From the sequence record SRR2962707_1082: a stretch of 20,000 nt of DNA; one strand, given 5' to 3'. Under the pieces are notes generated by a model. That model saw nothing but the letters and a program-made list of their open reading frames with translations. It had not been told where the DNA came from and did no database searches. A program made the position numbers and the translations under genes. Within the stretch, counting starts at the first letter, position 1. Every line of letters begins with the position of its first letter. Positions 8,554-16,223 of this stretch are shown here, in pieces.

Positions 8554-9516
8554 ATGATCGCCCATTCACATATTTTGATTTTAATCATTGCGCTTATTGT
8601 CGACCGCTTTATCGGCGATCCGGATTTTTTGTGGCAAAAATTTACCCATCCCGTTGTGCTGTTTGGAAAGGCAATTGAATGGGCAGATAAGAAATTCAAC
8701 CGGAGCTCTTTAAGCGATAGTATGCGCGAAAAAGCCGGTGTTGCTGTCATTGCTTGTTTGTTGATTGCATCGATTCTTATCGGCCGGATTATATCTTCTA
8801 TTCTCCCAAATTTTGGTTGGGCTGGTCTGATTATTGAGGCCGTAATTGTCGCGATTTTTCTGGCGCAAAAGAGCTTGGCCGATCATGTCCGCGCGGTGGC
8901 AGATGGCTTGCGCCGTGATGGTCTGGAGGGCGGGCGCAAAGCGGTGTCGATGATTGTTGGGCGCGACCCAAAGCAGCTCGATGAATCGGGCGTTTGCCGC
9001 GCCGCCATTGAGAGCCTTGCGGAAAATGCGTCTGATGGGGTTGTCGCGCCTGCCTTCTGGTATGCGATTTTTGGCCTGCCGGGGCTGTTTGCCTACAAAA
9101 TGCTGAATACAGCAGATTCCATGATTGGGCATAAAACCGCAAAATACCGCGCCTTTGGCCGCGCCTCGGCGCGGTTTGATGATTTTGCCAATTGGGTGCC
9201 GGCGCGCATCACCGGATTTATGATTGTGCTGAGCGGCGGGGTTTCTCGCTTTGAAGAAAACTCTAAAGTCATGATGCGAGACGCGAAGCTGCATCGTTCT
9301 CCTAATGCGGGCTGGCCGGAAAGCGCGATGGCTGCTGTGCTTGGCTTGGCGCTGGGCGGCCCGCGCGTCTACAAAGATGATATTGCCGATGAGCCCTTCA
9401 TGAATGAAGAGGGTCGTCAATTTGCAGACGCTGACGACATTGATGCGGCGATTAACAAGTTTAATATTGCGATGAGCATCGGCCTTGCGCTCGTGGTTTT
9501 TTGCCTGATTTTTTAA
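8554..9516 (+). CDS. cobD: Adenosylcobinamide-phosphate synthase (CobD/CbiB), membrane protein
   Basis: GDP..HPV, IVGRD, RAAIESLAENASDGVVAP.FW, YKMLNTADSMIGH, DDFANWVPAR, HRSPNAGWPESAMA and hydrophobic segments. Confidence 0.94.
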   Translation: MIAHSHILILIIALIVDRFIGDPDFLWQKFTHPVVLFGKAIEWADKKFNRSSLSDSMREKAGVAVIACLLIASILIGRIISSILPNFGWAGLIIEAVIVAIFLAQKSLADHVRAVADGLRRDGLEGGRKAVSMIVGRDPKQLDESGVCRAAIESLAENASDGVVAPAFWYAIFGLPGLFAYKMLNTADSMIGHKTAKYRAFGRASARFDDFANWVPARITGFMIVLSGGVSRFEENSKVMMRDAKLHRSPNAGWPESAMAAVLGLALGGPRVYKDDIADEPFMNEEGRQFADADDIDAAINKFNIAMSIGLALVVFCLIF

Positions 9517-11132
9517 GTTAAGCGGCGCTCTATCGCCCTTTGTAAATTGGGTGTTGCGCTGACAAGCCTCTGCGCTGCAACTGTTTTGGGGTTGTCCAAA
9601 ATGTCTGACGTTGCGCCACGCTCGATGATTTTTCCCTTGTCCATCACCATCACGTCATGGGTGATGGCGCGCGCAACGCTTAAATCATGGGTGATAAATA
9701 GATAGGCAAGGCCAAGCTCATCATTCAGTTTTGCAAACAGATCAAGTATCTGCGCGCGTATCGACACATCCAACGCCGAAACAGGTTCGTCCGCGACGAT
9801 TAATTTTGGCCGTGTGATGATCGCACGGGCAATGGCCAAGCGCTGGCGCTGACCGCCAGAAAATTCATGCGGATATCTGTCCATCGCATCCACTTCGATG
9901 CCCACCTCTTCAAGCGCCATTGCAACACGTGCACGGCGATCTTCACGGTTCATTTTATGATCTTCGAGATGCAGCGGTTCTGCGACGGAGTGCTCAATCT
10001 TTTGGCGGGGATTAAAGGACCCATAGGGATCTTGAAATACCACCTGCATGTTGCGGCGTGCGAGGCGCAGGGCATCGGGCGCATCATCGGATAGGTCAAT
10101 AGTATCAAAACTGATTGTGCCGCTGGTGGGTCGGTTTAGCGCTAAAATCAAACGGGCGAGGGTGGATTTTCCGCAGCCTGATTGTCCAACCAAACCAATG
10201 GAGCGGCCTTTGGTTATTTCAAAGGACACATCATCCACGGCAATAAAAGGCGCTGGTTTTGCAAAGAGGCTAGTGCGCTTGGTTGGATAGGATTTGCTTA
10301 GGTTTTTTACTTGGACAAGAGGCGCTTGGCTGGGCGCTTTCAGGCGGTTTTCCCATTTTGGAATATGGATGGAGGCTTTGGCCAATTGTTTGGTGTAGGC
10401 ATGTTTTTGCTGATGCAACACATCAATGGCGGGGCCGGCTTCTTGCACGGAACCATTGCGCAAAATGGTAATCGTGTCAGCCATTTCAGCGACAACGCCG
10501 AGATCATGGCTGATCAAAATCAGCCCCATATTATTCTCATGGACGAGTTCGCGCAGAAGGTCGAGGATTTGTGCCTGTAGCACAACATCAAGCGCGGTTG
10601 TGGGTTCGTCTGCAATCAGCAATTTTGGATTGAGCGCACAGGCGATGGCGATGACAACGCGCTGGCGCTGTCCGCCAGATAGTTCGTGTGGATAGCGATC
10701 GAGCGGAAACTGCGCGAGTGGCAGGCCAACACGGTCGAGTATTTTGCGGGCGCGTTCCTCAGCCTCCGCGCGGTTTATACCCGTATGCCAGCGAATGCCT
10801 TCTGCTACCTGTTCACCGATGGTTTTAACCGGATTAAGCGCTGTCATGGGCTCTTGAAAAACCATGCCAATATCATCACCGCGCAGCGCGCACATTTGAT
10901 CTTCATCGGCGCTCATGATGTCTGTGCCGTTGAAGTCTATGCGTCCAGAAAGATGCGCTGCATGCGGCAAAAGCTTCATGATGGATAGCGCGGTAATCGA
11001 CTTTCCTGAACCGCTTTCACCGACAATGGCAGAGATTTTTCCCGCATCTACGCCCAGGTCAATATCGTGCAGAATGGGCCTATCGCCGATGCTCAGATTG
11101 AGCTTTTCAATTGTCAAAATTGGCGCGGTCAT
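9513..11132 (-). CDS. Peptide/nickel ABC transporter ATP-binding protein with duplicated NBD (DppD/DppF fusion type)
   Basis: Two Walker A motifs (GESGSGKS, GQSGCGKS), two signatures (YPHELSGGQRQR, YPHEFSGGQRQR), Walker B ADEPTTALD and ADEPVSALD. Confidence 0.95.
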   Translation of the reverse strand: MTAPILTIEKLNLSIGDRPILHDIDLGVDAGKISAIVGESGSGKSITALSIMKLLPHAAHLSGRIDFNGTDIMSADEDQMCALRGDDIGMVFQEPMTALNPVKTIGEQVAEGIRWHTGINRAEAEERARKILDRVGLPLAQFPLDRYPHELSGGQRQRVVIAIACALNPKLLIADEPTTALDVVLQAQILDLLRELVHENNMGLILISHDLGVVAEMADTITILRNGSVQEAGPAIDVLHQQKHAYTKQLAKASIHIPKWENRLKAPSQAPLVQVKNLSKSYPTKRTSLFAKPAPFIAVDDVSFEITKGRSIGLVGQSGCGKSTLARLILALNRPTSGTISFDTIDLSDDAPDALRLARRNMQVVFQDPYGSFNPRQKIEHSVAEPLHLEDHKMNREDRRARVAMALEEVGIEVDAMDRYPHEFSGGQRQRLAIARAIITRPKLIVADEPVSALDVSIRAQILDLFAKLNDELGLAYLFITHDLSVARAITHDVMVMDKGKIIERGATSDILDNPKTVAAQRLVSATPNLQRAIERRLT

Positions 11133-12010
11133 GACCGGTCACGCCTTAATTTTGGATCGAGTAGATCGCGAAAGCCATCGCCAAGTAAATTAAGGCCGAG
11201 CACTGTGGTGATGATCGCAAGGCCAGGGATAATCGCCATATGCGGCGCGATGGCCATCATGGTTTGCGCCTCATTGAGCATTCGCCCCCATGAAACATCG
11301 GGCGGCTGTGTGCCAAGGCCCACATAGGAAAGGCCGGCTTCTGCCAAGATGCCGAGGGAAAATTGGATTGTGCCCTGAACGATGAGCAGGTTCGCGATGT
11401 TTGGCAAAATATGCTGCCAGGTGATTTGCGCGCGATTTTTACCCGCCGCGCGGGCCGCTAGGATGAATTCACGTGGCCAAATGGCTAAGGCTGCGCCCCG
11501 CGCCATGCGGGCGAATACTGGAATGTTGAATATGCCAATGGCGATGATCGCATTGGTGGCGCTTGGTCCGAAGATGGCCGTTATCATGACCGCTGAAAGC
11601 AGCGACGGGAAAGCAAAGATGATGTCAGATGTGCGCATCAAAAATTCATCGAGCCAACCGCGCTTGGCTGCAGCCCAGCAGCCAAGCGGCACGCCGATCA
11701 CAATGCCAATGCCAACGGCAATCAGGGCAACGGCGATAGAGTTTCGCGCACCAACCATAACCATCGAAAATAGATCGCGGCCAAAATGGTCCGTGCCTAG
11801 CCAATGGATTATATTGGGTGTCTGCATTCGGTCCGCGATGATGAGTTTTGTCGTGTCAAAGGGCGTCCAAAAGAGAGATAAAATGGCCATCGCCACAATG
11901 AGGCTGGTCAGAACTGCGCCGGTCATAAAGGTTTTGTTGCGCAGGGCTTTTGCCGCGAAGTGACGCCAATCTTCATGTTCTTTGGCTAGAAGCGAATTAT
12001 CAATACTCAT
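11129..12010 (-). CDS. Peptide/nickel ABC transporter permease (DppC/OppC-like)
   Basis: HWLGTDHFGRD, EAA-like loop EFILAARAAG..HILPN, AEAGLSYVGLGTQPP..SWG.ML, GDGFRDLLDP. Start placed at ATG 12010 (ATGA overlap with the upstream permease). Confidence 0.93.
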   Translation of the reverse strand: MSIDNSLLAKEHEDWRHFAAKALRNKTFMTGAVLTSLIVAMAILSLFWTPFDTTKLIIADRMQTPNIIHWLGTDHFGRDLFSMVMVGARNSIAVALIAVGIGIVIGVPLGCWAAAKRGWLDEFLMRTSDIIFAFPSLLSAVMITAIFGPSATNAIIAIGIFNIPVFARMARGAALAIWPREFILAARAAGKNRAQITWQHILPNIANLLIVQGTIQFSLGILAEAGLSYVGLGTQPPDVSWGRMLNEAQTMMAIAPHMAIIPGLAIITTVLGLNLLGDGFRDLLDPKLRRDRS

Positions 12011-12951
12011 GAGCGACGCAGCCTTGGGTCTGCCCATGCATAAGCAAGATCGACCAGAAAGTTGATGATAATCACATTGGCAACGAGTAACACCACCACC
12101 GATTGAACGACGATCAAATCAAGGCGCTGAATGGATTGAAATATCAAGCGCCCCAATCCGGGCAAATAAAACACATTTTCGATGATGATAGTGCCCGCCA
12201 ACAAGAATGAGAATTGCAGGCCTAAAATCGTTAGAACTGGGATCATCGCATTGCGCAACGCATGACGCCAAAGCACATGGCGTTGCGGCAGGCCTTTGGC
12301 GCGTGCGGTGCGAATATAGTCTTCTGACAGTGTGTCGATGAGGGCAGATCGGGCAACGCGCGATAGGATTGCCGCCTGCGGCAGGGCCAGCGCGATAGCA
12401 GGTAAAATCAGCGATTTGAGCGCAGGCCATAGCCCCGCTTGCCAACCTGGAAAGCCGCCCGCTGGCACCCATTGAAGGCTGACGGCGAATATATAAACGA
12501 GCAAAATTGCAAACCAGAAATTGGGTATAGCGACACCAATCTGCATCGCCGCTGTTGCTGCGGTGTCGGTTAATGCGCCGCGCCGCGATGCTGTGAAAAT
12601 ACCCACAGGAATGGCGATCAATGTTGAAAGCGCAAGCGCAATGAGAGCCAAGGGTAGCGACACAAAAAGCCGCTCCCATATGAGTTCAATAACGGGTGAG
12701 CCATAGGTATAGGATTGACCAAAATCACCGCTGAGCATGGCGATAATCCATGTCGAATAACGCTGCCAAAGGGATAGGTTTAAGCCTAGCTGCTCGCGCA
12801 GGGCAGCGATGGTTTCATCATTGGCATTGATGCCCAAGATCAGCTGCGCCGGATCGCCTGGTATAATCTGCAATACGGCAAATATGATGATGCTTGCCGC
12901 AAAAAGCGTCATCAACAATATCAGCAGTCTGCGAAGCGTATAAAACAGCAT
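12007..12951 (-). CDS. Peptide/nickel ABC transporter permease (DppB/OppB-like)
   Basis: PGDPA..LG, GDFGQS, EDYIRTARAKGL..HALRNA, IENVFYLPGLG, DLAYAWADPR. Start placed at ATG 12951 (MLFYTLRRL), which has AGGA 8 nt upstream. Confidence 0.93.
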   Translation of the reverse strand: MLFYTLRRLLILLMTLFAASIIIFAVLQIIPGDPAQLILGINANDETIAALREQLGLNLSLWQRYSTWIIAMLSGDFGQSYTYGSPVIELIWERLFVSLPLALIALALSTLIAIPVGIFTASRRGALTDTAATAAMQIGVAIPNFWFAILLVYIFAVSLQWVPAGGFPGWQAGLWPALKSLILPAIALALPQAAILSRVARSALIDTLSEDYIRTARAKGLPQRHVLWRHALRNAMIPVLTILGLQFSFLLAGTIIIENVFYLPGLGRLIFQSIQRLDLIVVQSVVVLLVANVIIINFLVDLAYAWADPRLRRS

Positions 12952-13014
12952 GAATGCTGTCCTAGCTGGATTGTGCGCTAAGATAAATAGGGCAATGGCG
13001 TGGTGCAGCGCGAA

Positions 13015-13046
13015 CAACAAAAAGGCGGGTTTTAATGCCCGCCTTT
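13015..13046 (-). terminator. Intrinsic terminator-like hairpin downstream of the SBP gene
   Basis: Minus strand AAAGGCGGG-CATTAAAA-CCCGCCTTT followed by TTGTTG, 18 nt after the SBP stop. Confidence 0.75.
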
Positions 13047-13064
13047 AATATTCGGTATGTGGTT

Positions 13065-14540
13065 TTATTCTGACCAGCTGACGCCGGTAAGATCATTGGC
13101 CTGAATAGGCGCATTTTCCCATAGGCCGTTCAGTTTCGCGTCCCAAACGCCATTTTTGGCAAGCTGGAACAGGTAAACATTGACGGCATCATAGGTGATG
13201 ATTTTTTCAGCGACGCGGTAAAGCGCATTGCGTGCTTCAGGGCCACTTGCCACGGACAATTCATCAATTACTGCTTTGAAGGTAGGGCTGTCATAATTGA
13301 AGTAGTAATCATCACGCGCATAGATGTTGATATCGTTGGGCTCGGTGTGAGACACAATCGTTAGGTCGTAGTCTTTGCCTTTGAACACTTGTTCCAGCCA
13401 TTGTGCCCATTCAACGGGAATAATTTCAAGATCAATGCCAACATCGCGCAATTGCGAGGCGATGATCTCGCCGCCGCGGCGTGCATAAGATGGCGGCGGC
13501 AATTTCAAGGTTGCTTTAAATCCATCTGGAAAACCAGCTTCAGCGAGCAATGCTTTGGCCTTTTCTGGATCATAAGGGTATGTGCCTGTTAGATCGACAT
13601 AGGCCGGATTATGCGGGGCAAAATGGGTGCCAATCGGCGTTCCAAGGCCAAACATTGCTCCGTCGATAATTGCTTGGCGATCAATTGCGTGCGCCATGGC
13701 ACGGCGGACCAATATATTGTCGAATGGCGGTTTTTTGTTGTTTGTGGCAAGAATTGTTTCGCCTTCAGTCGAACCGACCACAACAGTAAAGCGCGGATCA
13801 GCTTCAAATTGTGCCATTGCTTCGGGCGCAGGCAAATTTGGAAAGGCTTGCACATCGCCTGCCAAAAGAGCAGCTGTGCCTGCCGCTGGATCAGGGATGA
13901 AACGGAACGTCACTTTGTCGAGCTTTGCAGCCGTGCCCCAATAGTCGCCATTTTTGACCAGTGTAATCGATGCGCCGCGCTGCCAGTTCTCAAACTTAAA
14001 TGGACCTGTGCCGACAGGCGTTTCTTTATTCGTTTCCGCGCTTTCAGGCGCAACGATGACGGCATCGCCCCAACCCATATTGTAGAGAAATTCGCCTGAA
14101 GGCTTGGATAGGGTGACGATAACGGTTGTATCGTCTTTTGCTTCTACAGCGCTAATAGCGGCAAAGAGCGGCTTTTGCGCATTCGTTGAGCCTTCACCGC
14201 GTGCGCGATCTAGGGAAAATACCACGTCACCGGCATCAAGTGCGGAGCCGTCATGGAATTTTGCGTCTTTTCGCAGCATAAAAGTATAAACAAGGCCGTC
14301 TTCTGAAATCGTCCAGCTCTCGGCCAGCGCAGGCAAAACCGCCCCATCAGGGCCGATGCGGGTTAAGCCTTCAAATATATTGGCGTAAACCACTTCATCG
14401 ACGGCAGCGGCTGCTTCAGCCGTTGGATCAAGGCCAGGTGGTTCAAGCACCATGCCAACAGTCAAATCCATGCGTGCGGCCATAGCCGCCGTTGAGAACA
14501 ACAGGGCTACAGCGCAAGTTGTCAAAATTCGCTTAATCAT
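13065..14540 (-). CDS. ABC transporter substrate-binding protein, family 5 (DppA/OppA/NikA-like), exported
   Basis: Signal peptide MIKRILTTCAVALLFSTAAMA, then EPPGLDP, PALAESWTISEDGLVYTF.LR..AKFHDG, PVGTGPF, VRRAMAHAIDR, YDPEKAKALLAEAG. Start ATG 14540 follows GAGGGAG. Confidence 0.95.
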   Translation of the reverse strand: MIKRILTTCAVALLFSTAAMAARMDLTVGMVLEPPGLDPTAEAAAAVDEVVYANIFEGLTRIGPDGAVLPALAESWTISEDGLVYTFMLRKDAKFHDGSALDAGDVVFSLDRARGEGSTNAQKPLFAAISAVEAKDDTTVIVTLSKPSGEFLYNMGWGDAVIVAPESAETNKETPVGTGPFKFENWQRGASITLVKNGDYWGTAAKLDKVTFRFIPDPAAGTAALLAGDVQAFPNLPAPEAMAQFEADPRFTVVVGSTEGETILATNNKKPPFDNILVRRAMAHAIDRQAIIDGAMFGLGTPIGTHFAPHNPAYVDLTGTYPYDPEKAKALLAEAGFPDGFKATLKLPPPSYARRGGEIIASQLRDVGIDLEIIPVEWAQWLEQVFKGKDYDLTIVSHTEPNDINIYARDDYYFNYDSPTFKAVIDELSVASGPEARNALYRVAEKIITYDAVNVYLFQLAKNGVWDAKLNGLWENAPIQANDLTGVSWSE

Positions 14541-14710
14541 AATTTTCTCCCTCAATTGCCCTCCTATAGGGTTTTTTTGCCTTCACATCTAGCTACTATC
14601 TTAGACTTTAGTCGCATTCTTGAACTTATTGTATGAATTTCAAAATGAAGGAAATGCACTGTTTAGGAGATGATTTACCATCACAATTAAGTGTCCGCGC
14701 AGTTTGTGCT

Positions 14711-14739
14711 TTGACAGAAATACACTTGTTTGTAATAAT
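14711..14739 (+). promoter_or_regulatory. Sigma70-type promoter for the L,D-transpeptidase gene
   Basis: Perfect TTGACA at 14711-14716, 17-nt spacer, AATAAT at 14734-14739 preceded by TG, in an AT-rich intergenic region 43 nt before ATG 14783. Confidence 0.65.
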
Positions 14740-14782
14740 TTGTGATTAAAGGGTGTTTAGAGCGGTAATAGGACAATCAATT

Positions 14783-15214
14783 ATGAAAAATGTTTTTGGT
14801 GTATTCTTAGTTTCATTTGGACTTATTTTAGGCGGTATGACGGCAGCTTCTGCAGCGCGCGTAGTCGCTCATATCGATATTTCATCTCAGACGATGATCG
14901 TCAAAAAAGATGGGAAAATAATGCATCGTTGGAAAGTGTCGACAGCAAAGGCTGGTAAAAGAACGCCTACAGGCACCTACTCACCGCAATGGTTGAACAA
15001 GAACCATTATTCCTCGCTCTATAACAATGCGCCGATGCCATATTCAATTTTCTTCCATGGCAATTATGCGATCCACGGCACAACAGCTGTTAAAAGTTTA
15101 GGACGCCCTGCATCTCATGGCTGCGTACGCTTGGCGACTGAAAATGCCCGTGTGTTGTTTAATCTTACACAGCAATACGGCAAGAAAAACGTGCGGGTTG
15201 TTATTACGAACTAA
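14783..15214 (+). CDS. Small exported L,D-transpeptidase (YkuD/ErfK family)
   Basis: Signal peptide MKNVFGVFLVSFGLILGGMTAASAA, VST..TPTG, APMPYSIFF and catalytic motif AIHGT..LGRPASHGCVRL. ATG 14783 (AGGA at 14770-14773) is preferred over GTG 14753. Confidence 0.92.
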   Translation: MKNVFGVFLVSFGLILGGMTAASAARVVAHIDISSQTMIVKKDGKIMHRWKVSTAKAGKRTPTGTYSPQWLNKNHYSSLYNNAPMPYSIFFHGNYAIHGTTAVKSLGRPASHGCVRLATENARVLFNLTQQYGKKNVRVVITN

Positions 15215-15238
15215 GGCTTGCAGGATAGATTTTTGGAG

Positions 15239-15264
15239 AAAAGCGGCGTCTCTGCCGCTTTTTT
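15239..15264. terminator. Bidirectional intrinsic terminator between the convergent L,D-transpeptidase and lpxXL genes
   Basis: AAAAGCGGC-GTCTCT-GCCGCTTTTTT: a GC stem with a T6 run on plus and a T4 run on minus. Confidence 0.85.
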
Positions 15265-15276
15265 GATGCGTAGAAT

Positions 15277-16206
15277 CTATCTATCGAGCTTCCAGCGACG
15301 ATGCATCCACATCCATTGATCAGGTGTTTCGCGCACCCAACGCTCAACAACATCGTTCAGCATCTGCGTAGAAGCATTTATATCGATAATGCCTTCGGCA
15401 TCACGCGGCAATTTGATTTCATCTTCAAGAATGAGGCGATAGCGGCCATTGGCAATGCGAATGCAGCGGGCAGGGTAGATCGGCACATCAAATTTTCGGG
15501 CGAGTTTTGGCAATAGCGGATTTGTGCGCACTGGATGGCCAAAAAAGTTCGTTAGCTCGCCTTTATGAAATTTCTGATCAACGAGCACGCCAATAGACGT
15601 TCCATCCTCTAGCGCTTTTGCAAGACCCCATGCTGCGCCTGCGCGTGAAGGCACGAGATGCCCCATATTTGTGCGGCGTGATTGGAGCAATTTTTTCGCG
15701 ATGTAGGGATTGTTAGGCGGCCTAAATAGCGCGGTCACTTCTAGGTCATACACGGCTGCGCAAACAGGCAGTAATTCAAAATTACCAATATGGCCGGTAA
15801 AAAATATGCATGGTTTTCCCGCTGCATGTATGTCGCGGAAGCGCTGCTCGCCCTCAACCTCGATAATCCCTTGCTTTTCGCTGTCTGGATCATAGTCAAA
15901 AAGACGGTCGAGAAACACATATTCGGCCATGAGCCGGCCCATATTGCGCCACATGGCACGGGAGATTTGCAAGCGTTCAGCAGGGCTTTTCTCAGGAAAA
16001 GCGCGCTCTAGATTTTCTAGAACAAGCTTTTGGCGCGGCAAATGCGGGCCGAGGAATTGCGCAAGTTTTGCATTGAAATCAATCGCTGATTTCATCGGCA
16101 AGAGTTGAAGTGCGCCTAAAACAGCAAACGTGACCTTAGCTTCAATCCAATAGCGCCGCCGCTTTGCATCATTGCGAAACTTGAGCAGTTTTATTTTCCA
16201 AGACAT
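15277..16206 (-). CDS. lpxXL: Lipid A very-long-chain (C28) acyltransferase LpxXL (LpxL/HtrB family)
   Basis: NLERAFPEKS, acyltransferase motif FTGHIGNFE, LFRPPNNPY, LVDQ, FFG, PDQWMWMHRRW. Last gene of the acpXL cluster. Confidence 0.88.
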   Translation of the reverse strand: MSWKIKLLKFRNDAKRRRYWIEAKVTFAVLGALQLLPMKSAIDFNAKLAQFLGPHLPRQKLVLENLERAFPEKSPAERLQISRAMWRNMGRLMAEYVFLDRLFDYDPDSEKQGIIEVEGEQRFRDIHAAGKPCIFFTGHIGNFELLPVCAAVYDLEVTALFRPPNNPYIAKKLLQSRRTNMGHLVPSRAGAAWGLAKALEDGTSIGVLVDQKFHKGELTNFFGHPVRTNPLLPKLARKFDVPIYPARCIRIANGRYRLILEDEIKLPRDAEGIIDINASTQMLNDVVERWVRETPDQWMWMHRRWKLDR

Positions 16207-16223
16207 GCGTCTAGCCGTTCATC

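Noticed and set aside
14671..14683. TGAT-TTACC-ATCA as an FNR/FixK box
   Set aside because: The spacing and outer bases do not fit TTGAT-N4-ATCAA.
14541..14782. Cobalamin riboswitch or sRNA in the only long intergenic region
   Set aside because: The region is AT-rich with no B12-box or GGGAA core motifs and no strong GC stems. It is explained as a divergent promoter region.
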